Shown: positions 35,582 to 44,863, numbered from the stretch's first letter. The stretch is DNA of 64,000 bases from an uncultured virus (IMG/VR IMGVR_UViG_3300046697_000351) (IMGVR_UViG_3300046697_000351:1-64000), one strand, 5' to 3'. Notes: generated by a model from the letters alone, not told the origin. Program-made: numbers and translations.

Positions 35582-35928
35582 TACAGTGTCCTCCCATGAA
35601 CTTTATCCCAACGTCTGACAACGGCAATCGCCCTCCGGGCCATTTCCTCACACGCGTCGTTGTCTGGACCAAGGTCCCGGCGCAGGGAGTCGACGACTAG
35701 GTCAGTGAGTGATTTTTTGATCCGCATTTTACTATGAGCCTGGGCCCCCTCCGGATACTTCAGCAGTCCAAGACTCCTGAGGCACATCCGGCACGTGACC
35801 TTGCTCAGGTCTGTGGTCAGATACGGCGGGTTCACCACGGATTGAAAACGATACTGCCACAGCCCACATGTGGGGACAAAGAGCTTAGGATTCGGGTGCT
35901 CGTATTTGAAGTGGATAGCATGGGTCAT
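35581..35928 (-). CDS. Hypothetical Zn-binding protein
   Basis: GGAGG RBS; H...CG...VTCRMC. Confidence 0.55.
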   Translation of the reverse strand: MTHAIHFKYEHPNPKLFVPTCGLWQYRFQSVVNPPYLTTDLSKVTCRMCLRSLGLLKYPEGAQAHSKMRIKKSLTDLVVDSLRRDLGPDNDACEEMARRAIAVVRRWDKVHGRTL

Positions 35929-36224
35929 CGCCGCCTCCGTCCGTACTCCAGAATTTCTGGGCTGGCTTCCTTGATCCACTGATCGAGCGCGCGCTTGTTC
36001 GGGAATGTGCAGAAATTGGTGTGCACATAGTCGATGCCGTTGAACCGCGAGGTCGTGGCCGATCCATTTAGGCGCATGATATCACGGATTAGGGAACCAT
36101 CGGGGTCGGGCTGCACGACCTCGACCTGCCACTTCCTCTCGTAGTGGCGGGTCTTGCCCCAGAAGTCGACGCCGTTCTTGTTCGGTACGAGTTTGATCGC
36201 GGCGTGGCGGACGATGATTTTCAT
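35925..36224 (-). CDS. Hypothetical protein
   Basis: ATGA overlaps. Confidence 0.6.
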   Translation of the reverse strand: MKIIVRHAAIKLVPNKNGVDFWGKTRHYERKWQVEVVQPDPDGSLIRDIMRLNGSATTSRFNGIDYVHTNFCTFPNKRALDQWIKEASPEILEYGRRRR

Positions 36225-36376
36225 GATCTCTCTTGGGCGTCCCTGGCGTCACGCTCTGCTCCAACCTCAGAGAAGTAGGGGCCGTGCCACGGCTCGGATT
36301 CGGTCGGAGATATCGGCCTCCAGAACCATCCTCTTTCATCGTTAAGGAATTCAGCCCAGGCCTCGATCTTTAGCAT
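36221..36376 (-). CDS. Small protein MLKIEAWAEF...WHGPYFSE (51 aa; below ORF-track cutoff)
   Basis: Fills the gap with stop/start overlaps at both ends. Confidence 0.55.
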   Translation of the reverse strand: MLKIEAWAEFLNDERGWFWRPISPTESEPWHGPYFSEVGAERDARDAQERS

Positions 36377-36798
36377 CACACCCTCTCCCTAGCGATCGCC
36401 ATGGCCAGCCCGTCTCTGGCCGGTCCCGTGATCCCGCACGCGTCCATGGTCACCAGGGCCTCGACGGCGGCCTGGAGCAGGGTCGGGACCTCTTGGCGAA
36501 CGGTCGCGACGGCCACGGTCATGGGCGCGACGCCGGGCGCCTGGAGTTCTGGCAGGGCCCCGGGGACTGGGCGCCCAAGGTCGATGAAGTCGAAAACCTT
36601 CTCCACGTTCTGGAATTGGCAGCAGCCCTTGGTCCCGCGCTCGTCCAGGTACCAGACATAATTCCCGAATTGCGAGGCAGAGAAATTATATCTGTAGAAT
36701 GAAGTCCCGCGCATGACCGGCGTCAGGCCCTGGGCGATCCGATCCTGGATCAGGCTCAGGGCCTCGTCGGCGCTCTCGATCTCGGGTTCCGTATTCAT
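36376..36798 (-). CDS. Hypothetical protein (leaderless)
   Basis: ATG 6 nt after the -10 box. Confidence 0.65.
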   Translation of the reverse strand: MNTEPEIESADEALSLIQDRIAQGLTPVMRGTSFYRYNFSASQFGNYVWYLDERGTKGCCQFQNVEKVFDFIDLGRPVPGALPELQAPGVAPMTVAVATVRQEVPTLLQAAVEALVTMDACGITGPARDGLAMAIARERV

Positions 36799-36838
36799 AG
36801 TGGTATTGTACCAGGTAATACTGATGCTGTCAAGACCC
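36796..36838 (-). promoter_or_regulatory. Leaderless promoter cassette, copy 3 (leftward)
   Basis: GGGTC-TTGACA-17-TACAAT-6 nt-ATG on the minus strand. Confidence 0.85.
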
Positions 36839-36887
36839 GGGCCAGAATCTGGGCCCCGATCCGGTTGAGGTCCCATGTCCAGTTTTT

Positions 36888-36930
36888 GGGTCTTGACAAG
36901 ATCAGTTCAACCTGGTACAATACTAATATG
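36888..36930 (+). promoter_or_regulatory. Leaderless promoter cassette, copy 4
   Basis: GGGTC-TTGACA-17-TACAAT-6 nt-ATG. Confidence 0.85.
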
Positions 36931-37170
36931 ACTGAAACCAAGATCGACCTGGATCAGGACGAAGCCTACCTGATGAACGACGAGCTGTCCCGCCTCAGCG
37001 AGGACTACCATAGGGACGAGTCCGTCAAAGCAGCGGCCAAGGACTTACTGGCGGCCCTGAAGGGCCTCCTCTCGGACAAGTACTTGGCCGACCCGATCAA
37101 CGCCGACAGAATGACCGCCGCCCGCCTCGCCGTGGACAAGGCCGAGCCGTGGAGGAAACCGAGATCATGA
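36928..37170 (+). CDS. Hypothetical protein (leaderless)
   Basis: AAAKDLLAALK...ARLAVDKA motif. Confidence 0.65.
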   Translation: MTETKIDLDQDEAYLMNDELSRLSEDYHRDESVKAAAKDLLAALKGLLSDKYLADPINADRMTAARLAVDKAEPWRKPRS

Positions 37171-37178
37171 TTCCGTCT

Positions 37179-37221
37179 GGGTCTTGACAAGCTGAGTTCA
37201 ACCTGGTATAATACTATCATG
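37179..37221 (+). promoter_or_regulatory. Leaderless promoter cassette, copy 5
   Basis: GGGTC-TTGACA-17-TATAAT-6 nt-ATG. Confidence 0.85.
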
Positions 37222-37341
37222 ACCATGAAACTGATGACCAAGGAAATCCGAAACCGCATTCGCATGGGCCTGGGAATCGAGCGCGACCTGAGCTTCCGGC
37301 CCACGCCTCTGTCCAAGATCAAGTCCGGGGAGGTCAGATGA
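37219..37341 (+). CDS. 40-aa leaderless peptide
   Basis: MTMKLMTKEIRNR...; stop overlaps the next ATG. Confidence 0.55.
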   Translation: MTMKLMTKEIRNRIRMGLGIERDLSFRPTPLSKIKSGEVR

Positions 37342-38078
37342 ACATGGATGGCCAGCCGGTCCTGCCGGGCATGGAACCACTGCGCTACCAGATCGAGGAC
37401 GCCGAGCACCGCCGGGACTACGTCCCGGTCCGGTGCGCGATCTGCGAGAAGGAGATGACGTACGACGAACACCAGAACGCGTCCTGCGGTGAGGAGGCCA
37501 CCCAGTACGAAGGCGATCCGATCTGTGAGACCTGCTACTGCGAGGATGAGGCCGAGGCCACGTTAAGGGTCTTTGATGCGGATAACCCGGAAGGCGAGGG
37601 AGACTATGGAACCTCGATCTTCGAGATCGGGTCCTGCAAGAACATGACCGCTTGCGACGGCGACATCGGGACCTGGCGGACCAAGTGGGTGAGAACCGAT
37701 GCCTGGCGCGGCTATATCGACCTGATCCCGCCCAAGGACTGGGCTCAGTTTCACTCCGACTGCTCGCTCATGGCCTCCGAGGACTCGGCGATGCTGGAAA
37801 AGTACGACGCCGCAGTACGCAAGGCCTTCATCGCGAAGGGCGTGCGGCTGATCCGGGCTGCGCTCAGGACCTCGAACTGCTGCTCCACTGGGGTCGATTA
37901 CTTCGTCGAGAAGAAGTTCCTGAAGTGGGCGACTGCGGCGTCGCGCAAGCTCGCCGACGTCTTCCGGGACCCGGTCCGGTTCAATATGACGGCGATCACG
38001 GGCAAGGACCCGGCGAGCGCCGGGGTCGACGACTACGTCGTGGCCGCGCTCGGGGCCAAGCTCCTGGGAGGGAAATAG
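37338..38078 (+). CDS. Zn-ribbon hypothetical protein
   Basis: CAIC...ICETC; W-RTDAWRGY. Confidence 0.7.
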   Translation: MNMDGQPVLPGMEPLRYQIEDAEHRRDYVPVRCAICEKEMTYDEHQNASCGEEATQYEGDPICETCYCEDEAEATLRVFDADNPEGEGDYGTSIFEIGSCKNMTACDGDIGTWRTKWVRTDAWRGYIDLIPPKDWAQFHSDCSLMASEDSAMLEKYDAAVRKAFIAKGVRLIRAALRTSNCCSTGVDYFVEKKFLKWATAASRKLADVFRDPVRFNMTAITGKDPASAGVDDYVVAALGAKLLGGK

Positions 38079-38079
38079 C

Positions 38080-38244
38080 GTGTTCAAGATAAAAATCGAT
38101 ACTGATTGCATCGCTGCCGATGACCGGGAGCAGGAAATCCACAGGATTCTCCAGCGCGTGGCCGTCAGGGTCTGCGCCGGAGAAACGTCTGGGAAGTGCA
38201 TGGATATCAATGGAAATTCCATTGGGGACTGGGAACTACAATGA
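38080..38244 (+). CDS. Small phage protein MFKIKIDTD...DINGNSIGDW (54 aa)
   Basis: GGAGG then GTG; ATGA overlap with the next gene. Confidence 0.6.
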   Translation: MFKIKIDTDCIAADDREQEIHRILQRVAVRVCAGETSGKCMDINGNSIGDWELQ

Positions 38245-38768
38245 GCGGAATCGCGAGCAAGCCGATCATTGTAACGTCCAAGGTTTACGCCAAGATCAAG
38301 GAGTGGGCAGACGCCGGTCGCGTCGTCAACCACTTCCTGTGCCAGGACCTCTCGTGCCTGACAACGTACTTCTCCCCGAACCCCGAGTGCTGCTGCCCCA
38401 ACCACGCCTGGGCCTGCCCCGGGAAGATCGAGGCCGCAGACGTCAAGCTCGCGGACCTCAAGGTCGAGGCCGTGGTCGCTCAGCCCGTGGCCTTCAAGGA
38501 CTTGGTGATCTACTGGAGAGAGTCGAACCAGATGTCGATCGTCCTGGAGATTCCCGGACACTGGCGCCCGATCAAGGCCGTGTCCTTCGGCTATATCGGC
38601 GGGATCATGGGCATGGACCGGGCCACCCGCGCCGAGATCAAGCGCGAGCACGGCCAGAAGAAGCCGACGAAGTGGCTCAAGGCCGCGCGTGAGGACGGGT
38701 CCCTGGAGGATATCCTGAACCGGTTCGGCTACACGCTGAACGCCGAGCCCAAGGTCCTGGAGGCCTGA
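38241..38768 (+). CDS. Hypothetical protein
   Basis: Coupled start MSGIASK. Confidence 0.6.
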   Translation: MSGIASKPIIVTSKVYAKIKEWADAGRVVNHFLCQDLSCLTTYFSPNPECCCPNHAWACPGKIEAADVKLADLKVEAVVAQPVAFKDLVIYWRESNQMSIVLEIPGHWRPIKAVSFGYIGGIMGMDRATRAEIKREHGQKKPTKWLKAAREDGSLEDILNRFGYTLNAEPKVLEA

Positions 38769-38770
38769 CC

Positions 38771-39013
38771 ATGGAATTGTTCCGAGTCACGTCCGGGGCC
38801 TTCCTCGGGAGATGGATAATCGAGAAGTGGGGGTATGCCCTGATCCTGGAGTGGTGGCGCAGAGCTGCCCCGGGGATCGGCGCCCACGGCTACGTCCATC
38901 CAATCGCCGACGGAGACTGGGCCGTGGACTTAACCGTAATGATGTGGCGCCGAGACCTGAGGAGCCAATTCGTCAATCACAACCCAGGCTTCAGGTACCG
39001 GCAGGGGGAATGA
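38771..39013 (+). CDS. Hypothetical protein
   Basis: GGAGG RBS. Confidence 0.5.
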   Translation: MELFRVTSGAFLGRWIIEKWGYALILEWWRRAAPGIGAHGYVHPIADGDWAVDLTVMMWRRDLRSQFVNHNPGFRYRQGE

Positions 39014-39348
39014 TCATGCCCAAGAACAAGTGGTACTGCGTCAAGAAGGCCTTCTGGTTCACCTCGAAGAAGGCGGAGAAGAAGTACGACCGCATCGTCG
39101 AGGCCCTGTCCGAGGCCAACGAGGAGGCCGTCGTCTACCACGGCTACGAGATGGCCCTCGTGGGGATAGCCCACCGCTTTGGAATGGAGCCGGTCGCGGC
39201 GTACGACCGCTCGACGTGCATCGCCATCCTCATGGACCGCGATGAGATGACCCACGAGGACGCCGAGGACTACTTCGGCTACAACACCCTAGGGACCGGA
39301 GTTGATAATGCCCCGATCTTCGTGGAGATGGCGGAAGACATACCGTGA
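39010..39348 (+). CDS. Conserved-looking phage hypothetical protein
   Basis: GYEMALVG...AYDR...EDAEDYFGYN...APIFV pattern. Confidence 0.65.
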   Translation: MIMPKNKWYCVKKAFWFTSKKAEKKYDRIVEALSEANEEAVVYHGYEMALVGIAHRFGMEPVAAYDRSTCIAILMDRDEMTHEDAEDYFGYNTLGTGVDNAPIFVEMAEDIP

Positions 39349-39358
39349 GGAGGATATT

Positions 39359-40609
39359 ATGGTTATGAAGATTGTTGATTCCAGCGGCTCCTCTGGCAGG
39401 GGTTCATTCAGGGATGACCTCGTCAAGCTGATGAAGAAGCTGGAGCCGGGAGAAGGCGTCCAGGTCCCCCGGTCTGATCTACCGCGCAACTACGGCCAGC
39501 TTGTCGTCGACCTCATGCGCGATCCCCTTCCGTTCCCGTGGCACCTGAACGAGGAATCAGATGAGTCCGTCACCTTCTATAGGGACGCCGCCAAACCCAA
39601 GTTTGAGCCAGCTGCGAAGCCAGCTCATCAGGCTCCAGACAAGCTTCTGACTCCGCCAGCCCCAGAACCAAAGCCCGATTCTCCCGTTTACGACACCGAC
39701 CGGGGCAGCATCAACAGGATCATCGAGGAGGTCAAGGTCAGGGGTGGGAGTTTCCCAGTCCCGAAGACGCTGTTCCGCGACGCGATCTCCCGATCCTTTT
39801 GTATGGGAGAACTGAGGCATCTAGGGTACAGGGTCGATAAGGGCATCAATTTCGACGTGATCATCGCTCCCGAACCTGTCCCGTGTCCGAAGGTCGAGAA
39901 TGGTAAGAAGAACCAGGCCCCCAAGGATATTACCCATCGTTCGCCCTTGGTCAAGGTCCCGATGCGGGAGCGCATCCTTACCTCTATCAAGAAAAATCCC
40001 GGCATAGCTCACAGCGCACTCAGGAAGAAATTCACACGGAGCACCGAGGAGGGCAAAAAGTTCGATAATGCTATTGGCGACCTGCTCGTGGAGAACTTAG
40101 TTGTCTCCACTTCAGTGAAATGGACAGGACCATATGGTCTGAAGACGACCTATAGGATCGTTGGTGCCAAGGCAGCCGCGACCGAAGTCGCACCGGTCCA
40201 CGGTCAACACCCGGCCAAGACAGTGGTTCTTGGAGTGGAGGCCGCACCCAAGCCTGTTCTTTCCCCGGCGCCGCCCGTGGTAACGCCCGCGCTGCCCAAG
40301 ACGGAGCCCCAGCCGAAGCCCGAGCCGAAGCCCGAGCCGAAGCCCCAGCCGAAGCCCGAGGCCAAGCCCATCACCAGAGAAGAGGTCGCGGCTGTCCAGA
40401 AGATGATCAAGCCCGAGAAGTTCCCGACCGGGAACAGGTGCTTCGCCTGCGTGGACGAGGACCATGTCCGGGTCTGCGGCGAGACCGCGTCCGTGACCTA
40501 CAAGCAGGTCCGGCTCTGCCGCACCCACATGAACAGGCTGTTTTATGCCCGGAAGCTCTACGTCCGGACTTCGTTGAAGCACAATCCGATACTGCTCAAG
40601 AAGACATAG
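39359..40609 (+). CDS. Multi-domain protein with PKPE/PKPQ repeat linker and C-terminal Cys/His finger
   Basis: GAGGAGG RBS; 12-bp repeats ~40303-40368. Confidence 0.65.
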   Translation: MVMKIVDSSGSSGRGSFRDDLVKLMKKLEPGEGVQVPRSDLPRNYGQLVVDLMRDPLPFPWHLNEESDESVTFYRDAAKPKFEPAAKPAHQAPDKLLTPPAPEPKPDSPVYDTDRGSINRIIEEVKVRGGSFPVPKTLFRDAISRSFCMGELRHLGYRVDKGINFDVIIAPEPVPCPKVENGKKNQAPKDITHRSPLVKVPMRERILTSIKKNPGIAHSALRKKFTRSTEEGKKFDNAIGDLLVENLVVSTSVKWTGPYGLKTTYRIVGAKAAATEVAPVHGQHPAKTVVLGVEAAPKPVLSPAPPVVTPALPKTEPQPKPEPKPEPKPQPKPEAKPITREEVAAVQKMIKPEKFPTGNRCFACVDEDHVRVCGETASVTYKQVRLCRTHMNRLFYARKLYVRTSLKHNPILLKKT

Positions 40610-40622
40610 GGAGGAGACCACA

Positions 40623-41213
40623 ATGACCGAGGAGAAGAAGGCCGAGATGTGGCTGAAGCGCCACACGTCTTACGACTGCGCGATCTGCGGCGTGGCCCAC
40701 GAGCCCGCCCAGCGCCCGAAGGTGGAATATGGCAAGCTGACCAAGGCCCAGCGCCTGCTCTGGGACGTGGCCTCCACTTACGAGTACCACTCCCGCTTCG
40801 TGGTCGGGTCCGAGGAGGGTGAGGCCGTGAAGCGGATCAAGGCCTGGCTGAAGCCCGGAGACACCGTCTACACCGTGCTCCGGCGCCGGTCGTCGTCCGG
40901 GACGTGTAGCCACATCTCGACCCTGGGGATAGAGGTCGAGGGCGGTAAGCCCCGGATCGTGGACTACACCTGGAACGTGGCCAAGATCGTGGGCTGGAAG
41001 ATGGACCGCGACACCGGCGGGATCGTGATCAGCGGCGGCGGCATGGACATGGGCTTTCACCTGGTTTATACCCTGAGCCGGATCGTCTTCGCCAAGTTCC
41101 CGTGCATCGGCGGAGCCTGCCCGAGCAACGACCACGTAAACGGCGACCGGAACCACGAGGTCGGCCACCTGCACAGCGATGGGGGCTACGCGCTGAAGCG
41201 CCAGTGGATGTAG
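40623..41213 (+). CDS. Conserved-looking phage hypothetical protein
   Basis: LKPGDTVYTVLR...GGGMDMGFHLVYTLS pattern. Confidence 0.7.
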   Translation: MTEEKKAEMWLKRHTSYDCAICGVAHEPAQRPKVEYGKLTKAQRLLWDVASTYEYHSRFVVGSEEGEAVKRIKAWLKPGDTVYTVLRRRSSSGTCSHISTLGIEVEGGKPRIVDYTWNVAKIVGWKMDRDTGGIVISGGGMDMGFHLVYTLSRIVFAKFPCIGGACPSNDHVNGDRNHEVGHLHSDGGYALKRQWM

Positions 41214-41223
41214 GAGGGGGACA

Positions 41224-41445
41224 ATGAAGCTACGCTATGTCAGGGCATCGGGGGTCAGAAGTTTCTTTAAGGAACGTGGCTTGCGTACATCGGCTGGGTT
41301 CCTAGAATCCCTAGATCGCGAGGTCTGCGAGATGCTGGTCAAGTACCAGGTCATGGCCAAGGCGGACCGGCGCAGGACTGTGCTGGCCTGCGATATTTCC
41401 CTTCCTGGGGTGATCGCTAAACTCAGTCGGGGGATGCGCCGATAA
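41224..41445 (+). CDS. Bacterial-type histone-fold protein
   Basis: YVRASGVRSFFKERGLRTSAGFLESL...AKADRRRTVLACDI; AGGAGG RBS. Confidence 0.75.
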   Translation: MKLRYVRASGVRSFFKERGLRTSAGFLESLDREVCEMLVKYQVMAKADRRRTVLACDISLPGVIAKLSRGMRR

Positions 41446-41506
41446 TCGTCGATACAATATAAAATTGCCCCATTTCTGGACTTATTACCCCATTACCGAC
41501 AGAATC

Positions 41507-42265
41507 TCAGGCTGCGGGGGCCCTGTCGGGCTCCCCGATCTGATCCTGGCAGTAGTTCCTGAAAATTCCAGCGAAAACGCCCCTGGATATCAGCTCCCGA
41601 TACCAGGCCTTCCTCAGCAGGTCCGTGGACGCGGGGTCAAAGGCGCTCCCGCAGTCCAGGATCGCGACCGGGACCTTGAGACCGGCGTAGGCCTGCTCGT
41701 CCTCCATGAGACCGGCCACAGGCTTGGGCTTGCGCCGGGTCCGCTTCGAGACCTCTCGGATCACGCCGTCGGCCAGCTCCGCAGCACCTCCGACGCCGTT
41801 GTGCCTGATCTCCAGGCCGTCGTCCTCGACGTAGTTCGTGATGTTGATCGCGACCACGATATCGGCGCGGATGTGCCTGGCGAAGTTGATCCTGGCGTTC
41901 TGATCCTGCTCCAGGCACGTCTTCCCCTGCCCCCAGACGTCCTGCGACAGGTGCTCCTCCGTGGGGTTGGGCCTGAGGCTGGGCCTCATCCTGGCGTAGC
42001 GCAGGTAGTGGCTCGCGCTCTCGTGGAACAGCGGGTACTGGGACTTCCCGATCTCCGAGTGCGACCGCCTCATGCACCGGGTCGCGAAGATGTCGGCGCC
42101 GATGATCCTGAGGAGGTCGTAGACGGTGGAGGAAATCTCTGACGTGATGATGTCTCCTGGAACCCCGACTACGGGCTTCCTTTGGTAGCGCCATTCGGCC
42201 TTGTCGTCCCGATAGAGCCCACCGAGGGGGTCGAGCAGGATTCTGCGTCCTCTGATGTCGTTCAT
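41507..42265 (-). CDS. Amidase_3-fold protein with degenerate catalytic motifs
   Basis: ILLDPLGG, IFATR, ARINFA...ADIVVAIN, VPVAILDCG. Confidence 0.65.
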   Translation of the reverse strand: MNDIRGRRILLDPLGGLYRDDKAEWRYQRKPVVGVPGDIITSEISSTVYDLLRIIGADIFATRCMRRSHSEIGKSQYPLFHESASHYLRYARMRPSLRPNPTEEHLSQDVWGQGKTCLEQDQNARINFARHIRADIVVAINITNYVEDDGLEIRHNGVGGAAELADGVIREVSKRTRRKPKPVAGLMEDEQAYAGLKVPVAILDCGSAFDPASTDLLRKAWYRELISRGVFAGIFRNYCQDQIGEPDRAPAA

Positions 42266-42270
42266 CTTTG

Positions 42271-43005
42271 TCACCAATTCGTCCTGAGGATGATGCCGCC
42301 GCCCCAACCACCGGTCCATCCGGGGCCACCGCTGACCCCAACCTCGGTGTTGTCCATGTGCATAAACTTCGGGGTGAAGTCGTCGACGTGTCGTGTGAGT
42401 TCCAGACCCGGGTAGAAGAGATTGGCCTGGACCAGCCCAGACCAGCGGTGCCAATAGTAGTATTTCCAGTCCAGGACTGGGCTGATCGGGAGGTCGAGGC
42501 CGCCGCCGCTGCTGACGCGGTAGTGGATCACGTGCCCGGGGCTGGTGACCAGGCCGAAGCCGAAGCGCGAGGTGAAGCCGTGATCCTGGACCGTGATCTG
42601 GGGCAGGGCCTCGGCCATCTGCGCGGTGGCGCTGCTGATCTGGGCCTCGATCTTGGCCGTATCCGACGAGGTCCTGGCGCCGTGGAGTTCGGCGAGGAGG
42701 GCCTGGTACTTGGCCTCCAGCTCAGACTGCTTCTTGACCACGATCTGGAGCCCGCCCTCGCTGGGGACGTACTGGGTCTGGACCACGGTCTTGCCCTGGG
42801 CGTCGCGCACGAGCTGGACCAGTTGGTTCTGCTTCAGCATGTACTTGGCGAGGACGTCCGGGGGTAGGCCCTGCTGCGCGAGCCTCATCGTGTCCTGGAC
42901 CGCCACCTCCTTGTCGTGAAGGTGGATGAAGAAGACGGCGACGCATACGGCTAGGGCCAGGGCTATGTGTTCGATACGCCGGACCCAGAGTTGTATCTCA
43001 TCCAT
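42271..43005 (-). CDS. Membrane-anchored coiled-coil protein (spanin-like candidate)
   Basis: N-terminal TM helix, coiled coil, beta-rich C-terminus; in the lysis cluster. Confidence 0.5.
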   Translation of the reverse strand: MDEIQLWVRRIEHIALALAVCVAVFFIHLHDKEVAVQDTMRLAQQGLPPDVLAKYMLKQNQLVQLVRDAQGKTVVQTQYVPSEGGLQIVVKKQSELEAKYQALLAELHGARTSSDTAKIEAQISSATAQMAEALPQITVQDHGFTSRFGFGLVTSPGHVIHYRVSSGGGLDLPISPVLDWKYYYWHRWSGLVQANLFYPGLELTRHVDDFTPKFMHMDNTEVGVSGGPGWTGGWGGGIILRTNW

Positions 43006-43420
43006 TGTCGTCGCCTCCCGCCGCCGGGGTGTCCGAGTCCGGAGCCGTGTCGTCCTTCGGGGATTCTAAGGCAACCACGGGGTTGTCGGCGTCTCCTACC
43101 GGGGCCTGGGCTTGATCACCCGCCCACCCTGAGGTCCCCGGGATTGGGAACGCGTTCGCCGAATGCTTGTCCATCTGTCCGCTCCACACGTAGTGGACGA
43201 ACACCCACCCCGCGAGGCTGCCAGTGGTCGTGATCGCGGTCGTGATGCAGTCGTGGCCGTAGTGAACTACGCCGTAGACGATGATCCACGTGTAGAGCGC
43301 TAGGAACAAATAGTTCCAGAGCGCCCTGAGCGATCCCAGGTCGTGGATGAACTTCTGCACCAGGTTTATCCTAGTGAATTTCTTCGCCTTCTTGGCGAGG
43401 AAGTTGAATATCTTCTTCAT
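42998..43420 (-). CDS. Holin-like membrane protein
   Basis: Two hydrophobic segments, basic N-terminus, directly downstream of the endolysin. Confidence 0.5.
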   Translation of the reverse strand: MKKIFNFLAKKAKKFTRINLVQKFIHDLGSLRALWNYLFLALYTWIIVYGVVHYGHDCITTAITTTGSLAGWVFVHYVWSGQMDKHSANAFPIPGTSGWAGDQAQAPVGDADNPVVALESPKDDTAPDSDTPAAGGDDNG

Positions 43421-43436
43421 TTTGCCTCCCAGGTCT

Positions 43437-44087
43437 TCAGACCTTTCCGATCATCGTATAGACCCCGTTCTGCATCCTCAGGACCTGACCACACCGCTTC
43501 GGGTCCCGGTAGGGTGCCCCGAGGCTCAGGTGTAGCCAGAAAACGCGGCCATACGATCTCTGCGCAGTCTCGACGATCAACTGCCCGAACAAGAATTTTT
43601 TGAGGCGACCGAACTTCCACAGCTTCTGGAATGCGTCCTCGACTCCTGCGGCTGTGTCTGCCGATCCGTCTTCATGGACGTCGGCGGCCTCGCATAGCAT
43701 GTGCTGGGAATGCGTCGCCGATCCCGGGGTAACGCCATTGAGTTCGGGACAGCGGTAGCCGCTGTTGGCCACCAGCCTCTTACCGATCAGGTCCTCGGCG
43801 CGGCACAGCAGGGTGTCGACCGCCAGGAGCTTGTCGATCTGCTCCGGGGTCAGCATCCGGTTCTTGGCCTGGAGCGCGGCGTTGCTGGTCACGGTCAGCT
43901 GGTACAGCGTGCGCCGCATCAGCTTCCGGTCCGGGGCCACGATCGCTGGCCTCGGCGCGGGCGCCAGCGCCGGGATCGCCGGGGGCCTGGCCCTGGGCAT
44001 CGCGCCCTGGGGGATGTAGCCCTCTCCCGAGGTCCCGGTTAGGACCCGGAAGATTCCAATGAGTAGTTCCACGAGTTTAGCCCACAT
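43437..44087 (-). CDS. Peptidase M15-family endolysin with N-terminal hydrophobic anchor
   Basis: NSGYRCPELN, SQHMLCEAAD, WLHLS; GAGAGGAGG RBS. Confidence 0.85.
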   Translation of the reverse strand: MWAKLVELLIGIFRVLTGTSGEGYIPQGAMPRARPPAIPALAPAPRPAIVAPDRKLMRRTLYQLTVTSNAALQAKNRMLTPEQIDKLLAVDTLLCRAEDLIGKRLVANSGYRCPELNGVTPGSATHSQHMLCEAADVHEDGSADTAAGVEDAFQKLWKFGRLKKFLFGQLIVETAQRSYGRVFWLHLSLGAPYRDPKRCGQVLRMQNGVYTMIGKV

Positions 44088-44122
44088 AGCGCCTCCTCTC
44101 GTCTCGGACGAAGCGGACTCGC

Positions 44123-44308
44123 CTACGCCAGCGTCCCGAAGTAGCCGACGTTTCCGCTGTACGTCTTCCCGGCAGGGACCGACTCGTCGCACAGGGTGGT
44201 GGCCACGGTACCGTCGGAGTTGAGCACCTGTATGACGATGCGCTGCCCCGGAGTCAACCCCGAGACCTCGAACGCTTTTGTGGTTTGGCTCAATGTCATG
44301 TCAGTCAT
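44123..44308 (-). CDS. Small tail-fibre-associated protein, paralog B
   Basis: LTPGQ...VLNSDGTVATTL...PAGKT similar to 45047-45235. Confidence 0.6.
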   Translation of the reverse strand: MTDMTLSQTTKAFEVSGLTPGQRIVIQVLNSDGTVATTLCDESVPAGKTYSGNVGYFGTLA

Positions 44309-44320
44309 TTTTATTCTCCT

Positions 44321-44863
44321 TTAAGTTCTGATGATTGGGGTGTAGGCGCGGCATGGCTGGATGTTATTGTGAGACCCGTCGCCTCCGGTGCTGCTAGAAT
44401 CCTGCGACCCATAATTGGTGTTATAATTCGAGCCCCCACCTTGGTTCGGAGTATACGCGTTCAGCGCGTAGGTGGAGTGGGTGTGCGCTGGCATCTCTGC
44501 GATGGTTAGAGTATGGAGTTCTTCCCCGTATGCTCCATAGAGGGTCTTCGCCGTCAGCCCTCCGGCTATTGACGGTTCAGTTCCTAGCCCCCGGTCGAAA
44601 TCGACGGCCTCGCATTTCGGGTGCTGTGAAGTCGAACTGTGGCCGGGCAAGACCCCGTTGAGGGCGTCGCACCGGTACGCGCTATGGACGCGCATGGGGC
44701 CGACGAGCGGACGAGCTCCGCCTTCGAGCCACCCGGCAAGCATGGTGAGCTTTCCGACTTGGTCGTCGGTAACGTCGCGGTTCGCGTCCTGGAGCTTGGC
44801 GTTGTCCGTGCGCGTCATCTCATAGAGAGAGAAGTGCGTGGACAGGGATTGGTCGTCACGCAT
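44321..44863 (-). CDS. Chimera: truncated M15 peptidase fused to a tail-fibre C-terminal tip
   Basis: HFSLYEM...SAYRC...SQHPKCEAVD, then GEELHTLTIAEMPAHTH...HNNIQP...IIRT. Confidence 0.7.
   Translation of the reverse strand: MRDDQSLSTHFSLYEMTRTDNAKLQDANRDVTDDQVGKLTMLAGWLEGGARPLVGPMRVHSAYRCDALNGVLPGHSSTSQHPKCEAVDFDRGLGTEPSIAGGLTAKTLYGAYGEELHTLTIAEMPAHTHSTYALNAYTPNQGGGSNYNTNYGSQDSSSTGGDGSHNNIQPCRAYTPIIRT

Noticed and set aside
40303..40368. 12-bp tandem repeats
   Set aside because: Ordinary PKPE/PKPQ protein linker
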